Shown: one piece after another, positions 1-9,199 of the stretch
Layout: each line of letters begins with the position of its first letter
Position numbering within the stretch: the stretch's first letter is position 1
NCBI GenBank assembly: GCA_964617935.1
Contig: CAZTWM010000001.1
Location: forward strand, 1 to 24,954
Direction of reading: 5' to 3'
Length of the DNA: 24,954 nucleotides
Source of the DNA: an uncultured Thermoplasmatales archaeon
GTDB taxonomy: Archaea > Thermoplasmatota > E2 > UBA202 > JdFR-43
Program-made: the position numbers and the translations under genes
The notes under the pieces: model-generated
Seen by the model: the letters and a program-made list of their open reading frames with translations, nothing else
The model's database searches: none
What the model was told of the DNA's origin: nothing

Positions 1-2
1 AA

Positions 3-434
3 TGCAATATTGAAAAAAATACTTATTACTTTACTGGTCCAAATTATCCTCCAGAGAGACCAGAGAAACCTTCTGGAATCACTAGAGGAAAGGTAGGAGA
101 GGAATACACATTTTCGGCAACTGCGTTTGATCCAGACGGTGATAAAATAAGGTATTACTTTGATTGGGGAGACGGTAACATTACAAAAACAGGATATGTG
201 AATTCCGGTGAAACAGTATCGGTTAATTATACATGGAAAAATGGAGGGAAGTACATTGTCAAAGTGAAAGTTCGTGATGAGTATTGGTTGGAAAGTGATT
301 GGTCAGAGCCACTCGTTGTCACTATGCCGAAAACCTATGAAGATATATTATGTACATGGATAGAAAAATTGCTAAATCGAATATTTGGAAGAAACATGCT
401 ACCAAGGATTATTATCTCTGCCCTAATGGAGTGA
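3..434 (+). CDS. PKD/Ig-like domain-containing surface or secreted protein, C-terminal part (5' truncated by window edge)
   Basis: The frame is open from the window start and reads ...NYPPERPEKPSG...YTFSATAFDPDGDKIRYYFDWGDG...VNYTWKNGGKYIVKVKVRDEYWLESDWSEPLVVTMPK. The 'YYFDWGDG' motif and the 'WSEPL.VTMPK' tail are typical of Thermoplasmata PKD modules. The GTG start at 198 in the ORF track is internal. Confidence 0.85.
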   Translation, partial: CNIEKNTYYFTGPNYPPERPEKPSGITRGKVGEEYTFSATAFDPDGDKIRYYFDWGDGNITKTGYVNSGETVSVNYTWKNGGKYIVKVKVRDEYWLESDWSEPLVVTMPKTYEDILCTWIEKLLNRIFGRNMLPRIIISALME

Positions 435-593
435 ATGTTGCATATGGAACATTACGGAATATGAATAAAGACAGCAACTATGGCAGCCAAAAGATTTGTA
501 CATGTTGGTTACAAAAGGCAATTAGTAATAACCCACCCGAAAATGTAAAATTTGCCTTTAATGAAATCGAAGTTTTGAACATGTGGCAGATTC

Positions 594-743
594 ATGACTC
601 ATAAAAGAAAAACCAATCCTATTTCTGAAGTTACAAGAACATTGGGAGCGGGAGAGTTTCATTGGGTTCGAGTTGTGGCCTATGCTATGTTCATTGTCTT
701 TGTTCTATTCTTTGTATTGACCATTCTAATTTTATTCCTGTAA
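594..743 (+). CDS. Possible 49-aa single-pass membrane protein
   Basis: Manual translation: MTHKRKTNPISEVTRTLGAGEFHWVRVVAYAMFIVFVLFFVLTILILFL*. It has a basic N-terminus and one long hydrophobic C-terminal helix. It is below the ORF-track cutoff and I recognise no family. Confidence 0.35.
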   Translation: MTHKRKTNPISEVTRTLGAGEFHWVRVVAYAMFIVFVLFFVLTILILFL

Positions 744-1406
744 AACCAGATTTTTACTCAAAAATATAGAAATTCGGCATTTTTCATTTTACTCTGAAAA
801 ACTATGAAAGGTATATTACTTGGTCGCATAATAAACACCAATGGTTGCGAAGTGTTTGTAGAGGGAGGAGGCATCCCAAAACAAAATGTTTTACGGATTG
901 AAGGGGAAAAAGAAGAGTATCTAAAAAGGAAAAATGTTAATAGTTGCGACAAGAGAGGGCGTGAAGATATGAGTAAGGATGATAGTGAGCAATATTATGA
1001 TTAATCTGAAGGAAAAAAGTCATTTGAAATACCTTTTATTCAGCAGTCTTTATTTTTCAGAAGGCATGGCGCTCTCAGTAAGCTGTAATTGTACCTGTGT
1101 ATCTCGTGGAAAAAGGTGTATTTATCCATACCCTTATTGCTGAACTGGCTGCAACGCATTGGATGCTCAAATTTATATAGGGTAGGATAGTTGATCATTT
1201 TATCCAATTGGGAAGAAAACGATTTGTCTGATAGGAGGAGTTGACAGTAGCCCTAAATTTTTGTTACTAACTCATTTGCTTTTTCTCACCAAAACCAGCA
1301 GTTGCACTAATTGTTAACAATCAATTCTCTTCTCATATCCTTAGTTTGCAACAAGATTTAGGTCATTGTTCAAATCCACCCGCTATCCTCCTTTCATGCT
1401 GTCACT

Positions 1407-2504
1407 TCAGAAAATAACGAATACATCTACAATATCTTTTGATATGTTCTCGCCATTGTATGCATACACCTCTATCGTATGCAAACCAGGGGATGCATGG
1501 AGAAACCATTCATAGGGCTGCTTTTCATCCACATATTTTAACTCCCCGTCAACATAAAATTCAACTTTATTTGTGTTGCTGGCGTTCACCTTTATTGTAA
1601 GTGATCCAAAAATACGAGGTGCTCCCTCCTGAATGAAAGGTATCTTCCTTATTATCGTCGGAAATTCCCTTCCGAAAATATAGGTATGGTATATCTCTGG
1701 CTGGACTATTTTAACTTTTGGTACATCCGGCATGAGGTTGCCGTAGACACCATCAATATACATTACACCTGTGCCCTTACCATACCATTCCGCTATCGCG
1801 AGATTGTCATAGGCAATCCTTACCCATCCATCTTCGCCCCATCCGGTGCCCCAGCTATTCTTTATAATCCAGCATTGGTTATTGTCGTCATAGCCCATGA
1901 TTGCCATGACATGTCCTCCCGCCAGTCGCCCCCATCTATGCCTGTATATGCCTCCATGGTAATAATAAAAATCCCTCCAGAAATACATGCATACTATGAG
2001 AGGACCATGCTCTATCAATGCCTTTTTCATCGCCTCTGGCGTATGCTCAACCCAGCCCCATTCCTTTATTTTCACCGTTCGATTTTCCCATCCTGGTAAA
2101 CTCTCGAAAGGAAAGTCGTGGGGGCGATGAGGATCGGGAAAGCATCCTTCATCAGGCACACCATGCTCTATCAGATAATCGGCGGCGTGAATCAGATTAA
2201 CATATCCCGCCCTTACGGTACCGCCTGCATAAAAATAAAGATGTGCTTCTGAGAGGTCAGGGTTGTATGCCCTGCCCACCTTATACTGCATTTTGGTCTC
2301 CAGGGCGGCTACCAGTGCATATGCCTCACAGGTTGGAGCAGGAGCCTGATTTTTTACAGGCGTTGTATAATCTGTGCCATTTATATCGCGCCAGTTAAAA
2401 TAAGAAGGCAACCCATTGAATAAAGTATCTCCTCCCGTTTCAACAATTACAGGAGAGATATTTATGAGCATCAGCAGGGTCATTATGGCAATAACCTTCT
2501 TCAT
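1407..2504 (-). CDS. Secreted papain-family (C1A) cysteine peptidase with C-terminal Ig-like domain
   Basis: Signal peptide; LPSYFNWRD at the start of the catalytic domain; VKNQ....TCEAYA (Gln and catalytic Cys); GGHVMAIMGY (His); IIKNSWG (Asn); C-terminal 'KVEFYVDGELKYVDEKQPYEW' Ig-like fold. A GGTGG Shine-Dalgarno-like site precedes the ATG. Confidence 0.9.
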   Translation of the reverse strand: MKKVIAIMTLLMLINISPVIVETGGDTLFNGLPSYFNWRDINGTDYTTPVKNQAPAPTCEAYALVAALETKMQYKVGRAYNPDLSEAHLYFYAGGTVRAGYVNLIHAADYLIEHGVPDEGCFPDPHRPHDFPFESLPGWENRTVKIKEWGWVEHTPEAMKKALIEHGPLIVCMYFWRDFYYYHGGIYRHRWGRLAGGHVMAIMGYDDNNQCWIIKNSWGTGWGEDGWVRIAYDNLAIAEWYGKGTGVMYIDGVYGNLMPDVPKVKIVQPEIYHTYIFGREFPTIIRKIPFIQEGAPRIFGSLTIKVNASNTNKVEFYVDGELKYVDEKQPYEWFLHASPGLHTIEVYAYNGENISKDIVDVFVIF

Positions 2505-2607
2505 GTTCCACCTGAGATATATAAAATTTCGTTATATAAATACTATTCATTTCCCAGAAATTTTCCATCACCACAAAATTTAAGATTTATAGCCCATATA
2601 GGCAGGA

Positions 2608-3915
2608 ATGAAGGATATGATGGATTATATTGGTATAAAAAGCATCCATGAACTTTTTGATGACTTGCCTTCAGAGATAAGAATAGAAGGACTCGATTTG
2701 CCCCCTCCAAAAAGTGACATGGAAGTGGAGATGGGAATAAAAAAGATTCTGGAGAAAAATGTTTCCTTTTTTCACACACCTTTCTTTCTTCCCATAATAA
2801 AGCCCCACTATATTCCCCCAGTGGTCGATGAAATTTTATCTCGCCAGGAATTCTACACTTCCTACACTCCATACCAACCTGAGGCAAGCCAGGGAATGCT
2901 GCAGGCAATGTTTGAATATCAGTCGGTCATAGCAGAGCTCACGGATATGGATGTTGCTAACGTTTCCATGTATGACTCCGCCACCGCTCTGGGGGAGGCG
3001 GCGTTGATGGCTCACAGGATAAATAAAAAAGGGAAGATAGTTATTCCCCGCAACCTTTTCTGGCACAAAAAGAGTGTCCTTGCCAATTATGTAAAAGGAG
3101 CGGGAATGGAAATAGTGGAAATGGATTATGGTGGGGATGGCAGAATGGTTTTAGATTTTGTGGAAGAAGATGTTTCAGCCATATATATTGAGAATCCAAA
3201 TTTTTTCGGAATTCTTGAGGACAGATATCATGAAATCGAGGAGATGAAGGAAAGGATGAATGCAATTTTAATAGCAGGAGTTGACCCCCTTTCCCTTGCC
3301 ATATTCAATCCTCCTTCCCATTATGGAGCAGATATTGTTATAGGAGAAGGTTATCTCGGCAATTCAATGAATTTTGGTGGTCCTTTGCTCGGCATATTCG
3401 CATGCAGAAAGGAATTTGTGAGGCAGATGCCAGGGAAGATAGTGGGAGCAACGACAGATAGCAATGGAAAGCGTGCCTTCTGTATGACTCTGCAGACGAG
3501 GGAGCAGCATATAAGGAGGGGGAGGGCGACAAGCAACATATGCTCCAATCAGGCGCTCTGCTGCATCGCCTTCCTTGCCTATGTGGCTTCCATGGGGAGA
3601 AATGGGCTCAGGAGGGTTGCTCTGGAAAATATGAAAAATGCTTCTTACATGAAATCCCAACTGGAAAAAATAGGGTTTTCTCCCGCCTTTAATGGAAAAT
3701 TCTTTAATGAATTCACCCTCATTGCCCCCATGGAAGGAGGGAAGATTAACAGAAAATTGCTTTCCCATGGAGTTTATGGCGGATTGCCCATTGATGAATT
3801 CATAAGGAATGGAATGATTTTTGGAGTCACTGAAATGCATACAAAGGAAATTATGGATGAGGCGGTTGAGAGAATAAAGATGGTGATGGAGGAGCAAGAT
3901 GATGGCAAAATATGA
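2608..3915 (+). CDS. gcvPA: Glycine cleavage system P protein subunit 1
   Basis: [61 protein letters not shown]. Confidence 0.95.
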   Translation: MKDMMDYIGIKSIHELFDDLPSEIRIEGLDLPPPKSDMEVEMGIKKILEKNVSFFHTPFFLPIIKPHYIPPVVDEILSRQEFYTSYTPYQPEASQGMLQAMFEYQSVIAELTDMDVANVSMYDSATALGEAALMAHRINKKGKIVIPRNLFWHKKSVLANYVKGAGMEIVEMDYGGDGRMVLDFVEEDVSAIYIENPNFFGILEDRYHEIEEMKERMNAILIAGVDPLSLAIFNPPSHYGADIVIGEGYLGNSMNFGGPLLGIFACRKEFVRQMPGKIVGATTDSNGKRAFCMTLQTREQHIRRGRATSNICSNQALCCIAFLAYVASMGRNGLRRVALENMKNASYMKSQLEKIGFSPAFNGKFFNEFTLIAPMEGGKINRKLLSHGVYGGLPIDEFIRNGMIFGVTEMHTKEIMDEAVERIKMVMEEQDDGKI

Positions 3916-5305
3916 TGAGCCTTTACTCAATCAAATTGAGGAAGAGGAAGGGGATGATGAGAAAATTCTTGATATGATAGAAAGGAAAAATCTTGCCATT
4001 CCAAATCTTTCTGAAAGAAATGTGATGAAACATTTTTTACACTTGAGCCAGATGAATTATGGAGTTGATACAGGCTTTTACCCCCTTGGTTCATGCACCA
4101 TGAAATACAATCCAAAATTACTGGAGAGAGTTGTGGAGGAAGTAAAATACATTCATCCACTGCAGGACGAAAAAACGGTGCAGGGATGCCTTCAGATAAT
4201 GTATGAACTGGAAAAAATGCTGTGTGAGATAACAGGAATGGATGCCTTCACCCTCCAGCCATGCGCGGGTGCACATGGAGAATTTACAGGAATGCTCATA
4301 ACCCATGCATATTTTGAGAGTATTGGAGAAGGAGATGTCAGAAAGGAGGTGATAGTTCCCGATTCAGCCCATGGAACCAACCCTGCTTCAGCAAGAATGG
4401 CAGGCTTTGACGTAATGGAAATTCCTTCCAAAAATGGAAGGGTTGACATGGACGCACTTCGCCATGTTCTCAGCAAAGAAACTGCCGCCTTCATGCTCAC
4501 CAACCCCAACACACTGGGCATATTTGAAAAGGATATAATGGAAATTTCCAGAGAGGTGAAGAAGGTTGGGGCACTCCTTTACTATGACGGAGCCAATTTG
4601 AATGCAATAATGGGAAAAACAAAGCCAGGGATAATGGGCTTCGACATAGTGCATGTCAATCTCCATAAAACCTTTGCCACACCTCATGGAGGAGGAGGAC
4701 CGGGGGCAGGTCCTGTGGGAGTGAAAAAACATCTGGAGGAATTTCTTCCCGTGCCCAGGATAGAGAAAAAAGGTGATGGCTATACCTTAAACTACAATAA
4801 ACCGAAATCCATAGGAAAGGTGAGCCACTTCTATGGAAATTTTTCCGTTCTACTCAAAGCCTATGCATATATAATGAAGAAGGGGAGGGGGCTGCAAAGT
4901 GTGGCGGAGAGGGCTGTTCTTAATTCCAATTATTTAATGGAGAGGTTGAGGGAAATAGGTTACAGAGTTCCCTACTATGGAAGAAGGATGCATGAATTTG
5001 TCCTTTCCCTTTCGGATTTGAAGGAGAGGGGGGTGAGAGGCATAGATGTGGCGAAACGCCTTCTTGATTATGGGTTGCATCCACCCACCGTATATTTTCC
5101 CCTAATCATTGATGAGGCATTCATGATAGAGCCCACGGAGGATGAAACAAGGCAGAGCATGGATGAATTTGTGGAGGCAATGAAAAAAATCAGGGATGAA
5201 AAGGAAGAGGTTTTGAAGAACTCGCCGCACAACATGCCTGTGGGAAGGGTGGATGAGGTAAAGGCAGTTAAAAATCCCATTCTCACATGGAAGGATATGG
5301 ATTGA
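3899..5305 (+). CDS. gcvPB: Glycine cleavage system P protein subunit 2 (PLP-binding)
   Basis: [53 protein letters not shown] (PLP lysine). It overlaps gcvPA by 17 nt; the start may be at 3902. Confidence 0.95.
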   Translation: MMAKYDEPLLNQIEEEEGDDEKILDMIERKNLAIPNLSERNVMKHFLHLSQMNYGVDTGFYPLGSCTMKYNPKLLERVVEEVKYIHPLQDEKTVQGCLQIMYELEKMLCEITGMDAFTLQPCAGAHGEFTGMLITHAYFESIGEGDVRKEVIVPDSAHGTNPASARMAGFDVMEIPSKNGRVDMDALRHVLSKETAAFMLTNPNTLGIFEKDIMEISREVKKVGALLYYDGANLNAIMGKTKPGIMGFDIVHVNLHKTFATPHGGGGPGAGPVGVKKHLEEFLPVPRIEKKGDGYTLNYNKPKSIGKVSHFYGNFSVLLKAYAYIMKKGRGLQSVAERAVLNSNYLMERLREIGYRVPYYGRRMHEFVLSLSDLKERGVRGIDVAKRLLDYGLHPPTVYFPLIIDEAFMIEPTEDETRQSMDEFVEAMKKIRDEKEEVLKNSPHNMPVGRVDEVKAVKNPILTWKDMD

Positions 5306-5312
5306 TGGAAAA

Positions 5313-5723
5313 TCAGATGGAAAGGAGGATGCCTGCAAGTATTGCAAGGGCTATGCCTGCTGCATTGGGCAGGGAGATTTTTTCCTTCAAAAATAAGATG
5401 CTCAACATCACAGTTACCACAGGATAAAGAGCAGTAAAAGAAGTTACTATGCTTGCCTCACTTTTCTGCAGGACAAAATACCACAGCAGTGTGCCCGCAA
5501 ATCCTGCCAGTGTTGCAACAACGATGGCAACAACCCCTCCATTGAATTCCAGTGTTTTTGGAATGGTATATAGGGCAATGAAAATGCTTATGACAACTCC
5601 AGTGAGATATGTATAAAAGAGAGCATTTTTTATTCCAGTTTGCTGTGAACCCACTTTAAAGAGAAATGCCCATAGCCCCCATAGAACAATTACTCCAATA
5701 CATATCCAAATCGTCCCCCTCAT
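5313..5723 (-). CDS. EamA/DMT family transporter (single-repeat, 136 aa)
   Basis: About five hydrophobic segments; 'ASIVTSFTALYPVVTVMLSILFLKEKIS' is a typical EamA signature. Confidence 0.85.
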   Translation of the reverse strand: MRGTIWICIGVIVLWGLWAFLFKVGSQQTGIKNALFYTYLTGVVISIFIALYTIPKTLEFNGGVVAIVVATLAGFAGTLLWYFVLQKSEASIVTSFTALYPVVTVMLSILFLKEKISLPNAAGIALAILAGILLSI

Positions 5724-6010
5724 TTTTCCATTTCCTTTTCCATCAACTTCTTTCTTTCCTTTGCCGTCCTTCCAGTTGCCTCAAACAAAAAATCGTTCCA
5801 TTTTTTCAATACAGAATAGTCACCTGTCACTTCTTCAGGAGGAACAATATCTATGAGTATGCTTTTTCCCTCCTTTTTTAGATAAACCTTTCCTATGCCT
5901 TCCGCCTGGAATTCCACGCCCTTATCCACATCGCCCTCCACCTGGAAATATTTTTTAAGGAGGGAATTCAAATCCGCCCTATGCCCTCGCTTTATGGAAT
6001 ACCGTCGCAT
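5720..6010 (-). CDS. Conserved archaeal protein, DUF5611-like (96 aa)
   Basis: MRRYSIKRGH...KKWNDFLFEATGRTAKERKK resembles the DUF5611 family ('Y.IKRG' and 'TG.TAKER.K'). I moved the start to the ATG at 6010 because the 6130 extension overlaps pyrH. Its stop overlaps the EamA start by 4 nt (ATGA). Confidence 0.7.
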   Translation of the reverse strand: MRRYSIKRGHRADLNSLLKKYFQVEGDVDKGVEFQAEGIGKVYLKKEGKSILIDIVPPEEVTGDYSVLKKWNDFLFEATGRTAKERKKLMEKEMEK

Positions 6011-6020
6011 GAGGTTATTC

Positions 6021-6044
6021 AAAAAACGTTTATAAAATCTTTCT
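6021..6044. promoter_or_regulatory. Palindromic TATA box (TTTATAAA, 6029-6036) with purine-rich BRE-like flank on each strand; probable bidirectional promoter
   Basis: It is the only TATA-like element in the 45-bp gap between divergent starts at 6010 (-) and 6056 (+), about 19-20 nt from each ATG. The flanks are AAAAAACG (+) and AGAAAGAT (-). Confidence 0.55.
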
Positions 6045-6055
6045 GATACAGAACA

Positions 6056-6712
6056 ATGAAAGTGGTGATTTCGCTGGGTGGCTCCCTCCTTTCCTTGGAA
6101 GATTTGGATTATATAAAAAGAGTAGCCCATCTGATAAAAAAATTATCTGAAAAGCACAAATTATATGTGGTGGTGGGCGGCGGAAGGATTGCAAGAAATT
6201 ACATAAGGGCGGCGAGAAATTTCTGCCAGGATGAGAAATATCTTGATAAAATAGGAATAACAGCCACAAGGTTAAATGCCCTCCTCCTCAATTCCTTTTT
6301 CATGAATGAAATTCCTGAAACCATAGAAAGAGCAGCAAAAATGGATGCACCCGTTATAATGGGGGGAACAACCCCGGGGCATTCAACGGATGCGGTGGCG
6401 GCGACGCTGGCGGCAGAAACTGGAGCGAATCGTCTCATAATCGCCACGGATGTTGATGGGGTTTATGATAAAGACCCGAAGAAATACAGGGATGCCAGAA
6501 AATTCGATACCATTCATATATCAAAACTTCGTGAAATGGCTGGGGAGGAGTGGAAAGATGCTGGAAAAAATGTTGTTATTGACCCCGTTGCATGCAGAAT
6601 TATTGAAAAAAGCAGAATGGAAACTGTTGTTGTGAATGGCAAAAATCTGGAGGAGTTGGAAAAGGCTATATATGGGAAAAAGTTTAAAGGAACAGTGGTG
6701 GAAGTAAAATGA
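6056..6712 (+). CDS. pyrH: UMP kinase, archaeal type
   Basis: VISLGGS, VVVGGGRIARNYI, MGGTTPGHSTDAVAA, ATDVDGVYDKDPKK, IDPVA. Confidence 0.95.
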   Translation: MKVVISLGGSLLSLEDLDYIKRVAHLIKKLSEKHKLYVVVGGGRIARNYIRAARNFCQDEKYLDKIGITATRLNALLLNSFFMNEIPETIERAAKMDAPVIMGGTTPGHSTDAVAATLAAETGANRLIIATDVDGVYDKDPKKYRDARKFDTIHISKLREMAGEEWKDAGKNVVIDPVACRIIEKSRMETVVVNGKNLEELEKAIYGKKFKGTVVEVK

Positions 6713-6897
6713 TTCCTCAGCACAGCCATTGTCAGATATGCGGAAAGGCAATAAAATATGGAGAGATAGTTTGTAGTGAAAAATGCAGGAAGGAATATGA
6801 AAGGCTTGTTAAAAGGAGGAAAATGTACATATACATAATGTATGCTGCCCTTCTTTTCCTGGTAATAATGGTTTTCATGCAGATTGCAGGTTCATGA
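6709..6897 (+). CDS. DUF2116-family Zn-ribbon membrane protein
   Basis: PQHSHCQICGKAI....VCSEKC followed by a C-terminal TM helix; ATGA overlap with the pyrH stop. Confidence 0.85.
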   Translation: MIPQHSHCQICGKAIKYGEIVCSEKCRKEYERLVKRRKMYIYIMYAALLFLVIMVFMQIAGS

Positions 6898-6938
6898 GTG
6901 TTATGGAAAAATTTAACTGGAACATGGATTTACATTAT

Positions 6939-7487
6939 ATGAAATATGCTGCAGTATTTCTTATAGCCCTCCTCCTGCTCTCGGGATGCGTCAAGAAAGA
7001 GGGAAGGACTGTGGCGATAATAAAAACAAATATGGGCACAATAAAGGCGGAGTTGTATACAAAAGAAGCACCCATCACAACAGAGAATTTTATAAAACTT
7101 GCAAAGGATGGATTTTACAATGGCATGGTTTTTCACAGAGTGATAGACAACTTTGTCATTCAGGCAGGCGCCTTCTATCCAAATGGAACATACAAGCAGA
7201 GTCCATATGGAACAATTCCTCTGGAAGTAAAAAAGAACCTTACCCATGTTGATGGAGCACTGGGAATGGCGAGGGCAAGGGATCCAAACAGTGCCAGCAG
7301 CCAGTTTTATATATGCGATGGACCACAGCATGAACTGGATGGCAACTATACCGTCTTTGGAAGGGTAATAGATGGAATGAATGTGGTGAGGGAAATTGCA
7401 TCTGTTAAGACAACAACAAAATATGGGATGCCTAACTGGCCCGTAAATGATGTAATAATAGAAAGCATAACCATAAAAGTGGAATAA
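6939..7487 (+). CDS. Cyclophilin-type peptidyl-prolyl cis-trans isomerase, predicted lipoprotein
   Basis: FYNGMVFHRVIDNFVIQAG, GALGMARARDPNSASSQFYI, YTVFGRVIDG. MKYAAVFLIALLLLSGC is a lipobox-type signal if the start is 6939. The alternative start at 6894 overlaps the DUF2116 stop. Confidence 0.9.
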   Translation: MKYAAVFLIALLLLSGCVKKEGRTVAIIKTNMGTIKAELYTKEAPITTENFIKLAKDGFYNGMVFHRVIDNFVIQAGAFYPNGTYKQSPYGTIPLEVKKNLTHVDGALGMARARDPNSASSQFYICDGPQHELDGNYTVFGRVIDGMNVVREIASVKTTTKYGMPNWPVNDVIIESITIKVE

Positions 7488-7570
7488 ACAATTAATGTCA
7501 GTCATACCTCCTTCGCAAAATGTTTTTACACCAACACATTTATATGAAATGAGAATGTAATTCAGTGGAG

Positions 7571-9151
7571 ATGGAGCAGTTTGTGGAGATGAGTAACATA
7601 CGTCCTGGAACAATTCTGAAAAGAGCCTATCAGATTAATATATTTGAAGCCATCAAAAATAAAAATTCAATGGTTGTGCTTCCTACAGGCTTGGGAAAAA
7701 CAGTGATTGCAGTCATGATGATTGCATATCATGTAACAAAAGGGAAGGTTCTTTTCCTCGCTCCCACAAAGCCATTATGTGAACAGCATTATGCAACTTT
7801 AAAGAAATTGCTTACTGTGGAAGATATTTATCTCATAACTGGGGAGAAAACAAAGAAGGATAAGAGGAAGGAAATATACAGGAAGGCTCAAGTTATAGTT
7901 GCAACCCCCCAGACCATAGAAAATGATATGAAAAGTATTGATTTCTCCAAATTCCGCCTTGCCATATTTGATGAATGCCACAGAACCGTTGGAAACTACG
8001 CATATGTTTCCATAGCAAGGAGATGTGTGGAGGAAGGTGTTATAACCATGGGATTAACAGCATCACCCGGAAGCAGTTATTCCCGTCTGAAGGAAGTGGT
8101 GGAAAATCTGGGCATAGAACATATAGAGGTAAGAAGTGAATATGATAAGGATGTAAAGCCCTATATTCCGGAGAGGAAACTCAAATGGATTCTCATAGAA
8201 ATGCCCCATGAAATAAAGGCTCTTTCCGCCGCCATAGATGCCATAATAAAGGAATTCCTTCAGGAATTGAATAAATACATAAATATATCCACCTCCCCTC
8301 GAAAAGTAACAAAAAAGATGCTTATAAGTTTGCAGAATCGTCTTCAGAGCAGGGTAAAAAACGGAGGGAGCATATATGGGGCGATAAGCATGGTTTCAGC
8401 CCTCATAAAAATATATCATCTCAAAGAAATGCTCACCAGCCAAGGCTTGGAGGCGGCTAAGAATTACATAATGAAAATGGAGGAGGATAAATCCAAGGGG
8501 GGGAAGAAAATAAGGGCAAATTTGAGATATAAGAAAGTGAGGGATGCCATCCTTTCTTTAAACTATGAAAATCCAAAACTTCATTTCACCAGAAAAATAC
8601 TTCTTTCCCATTTTAAGAGCAGGGGGGACGCAAGGGTGATGATATTTGCGGAATACAGGGACACCATAGAAGTGTTATATCAGGAACTCAAGGGTATGGA
8701 AGGAATAAGGGCTGCAAAATTTGTGGGGCAGGCGAAGGGGAGCGATGGAGGAATGAGCCAGGAACAACAGAAAAAAGTGATAGATGACTTCAGGAAGGGC
8801 GTTTACAATGTCCTCATATCCACAAGCATAGGAGAGGAGGGGATAGATATACCCGCAACAAGCCTCGTTCTTTTTTACGAGCCGGTGCCATCTGCCATAA
8901 GGCATATACAGAGAAGAGGGAGAACGGCAAGAGGGGGGATTCCAGGAGAGGTCTACATTTTAATAATGAAGGGTTCAAGAGATGAAGCATATTACTGGAG
9001 TAGCAGGCGGAAAGAAAAGAAAATGATGGAACAGATAAGGAGGTTGAGAGGAATTATAGAAAAAGTGGCGGAGGAGAAAAGAGAAGTAAGGAAAAGGAAG
9101 GAGATGCCAAAAGAGGGGCAGGCAAAACTGGATGCATGGTTAGAAACTTGA
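7571..9151 (+). CDS. hef: Hef/FANCM/Mph1-family SF2 helicase lacking the ERCC4 nuclease domain
   Basis: RAYQ, LPTGLGKT (motif I), FDECHR (II), TASPG (III), STSIGEEGIDIP (V), IQRRGRTAR (VI). The protein ends about 60 aa after motif VI. TTTATATG lies about 26-33 nt upstream of ATG 7571; the alternative start is GTG 7565. Confidence 0.9.
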   Translation: MEQFVEMSNIRPGTILKRAYQINIFEAIKNKNSMVVLPTGLGKTVIAVMMIAYHVTKGKVLFLAPTKPLCEQHYATLKKLLTVEDIYLITGEKTKKDKRKEIYRKAQVIVATPQTIENDMKSIDFSKFRLAIFDECHRTVGNYAYVSIARRCVEEGVITMGLTASPGSSYSRLKEVVENLGIEHIEVRSEYDKDVKPYIPERKLKWILIEMPHEIKALSAAIDAIIKEFLQELNKYINISTSPRKVTKKMLISLQNRLQSRVKNGGSIYGAISMVSALIKIYHLKEMLTSQGLEAAKNYIMKMEEDKSKGGKKIRANLRYKKVRDAILSLNYENPKLHFTRKILLSHFKSRGDARVMIFAEYRDTIEVLYQELKGMEGIRAAKFVGQAKGSDGGMSQEQQKKVIDDFRKGVYNVLISTSIGEEGIDIPATSLVLFYEPVPSAIRHIQRRGRTARGGIPGEVYILIMKGSRDEAYYWSSRRKEKKMMEQIRRLRGIIEKVAEEKREVRKRKEMPKEGQAKLDAWLET

Positions 9152-9171
9152 AGTTGCAACATAATCAAAAA

Positions 9172-9179
9172 TTTTATAC
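9172..9179 (+). promoter_or_regulatory. TATA box for the 9200 gene
   Basis: TTTTATAC, preceded by an A-rich BRE-like stretch, about 21-28 nt upstream of the ATG. Confidence 0.5.
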
Positions 9180-9199
9180 TCACCGCCATATATTCTTTC

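Noticed and set aside
350-604. 84-aa ORF overlapping the PKD gene
   Set aside because: It has an 85-nt out-of-frame overlap with a well-supported gene and no recognisable motif.
758-1004. Overlapping 66-aa (+) and 64-aa (-) ORFs
   Set aside because: No motifs or clear initiation signals; not supportable as genes.
6011-6130. N-terminal extension of the DUF5611-like ORF
   Set aside because: It overlaps pyrH on the opposite strand and spans the shared promoter; family similarity begins at 6010.
6930-7613. 227-aa minus-strand ORF
   Set aside because: It is an antisense shadow of the cyclophilin gene with no family features.
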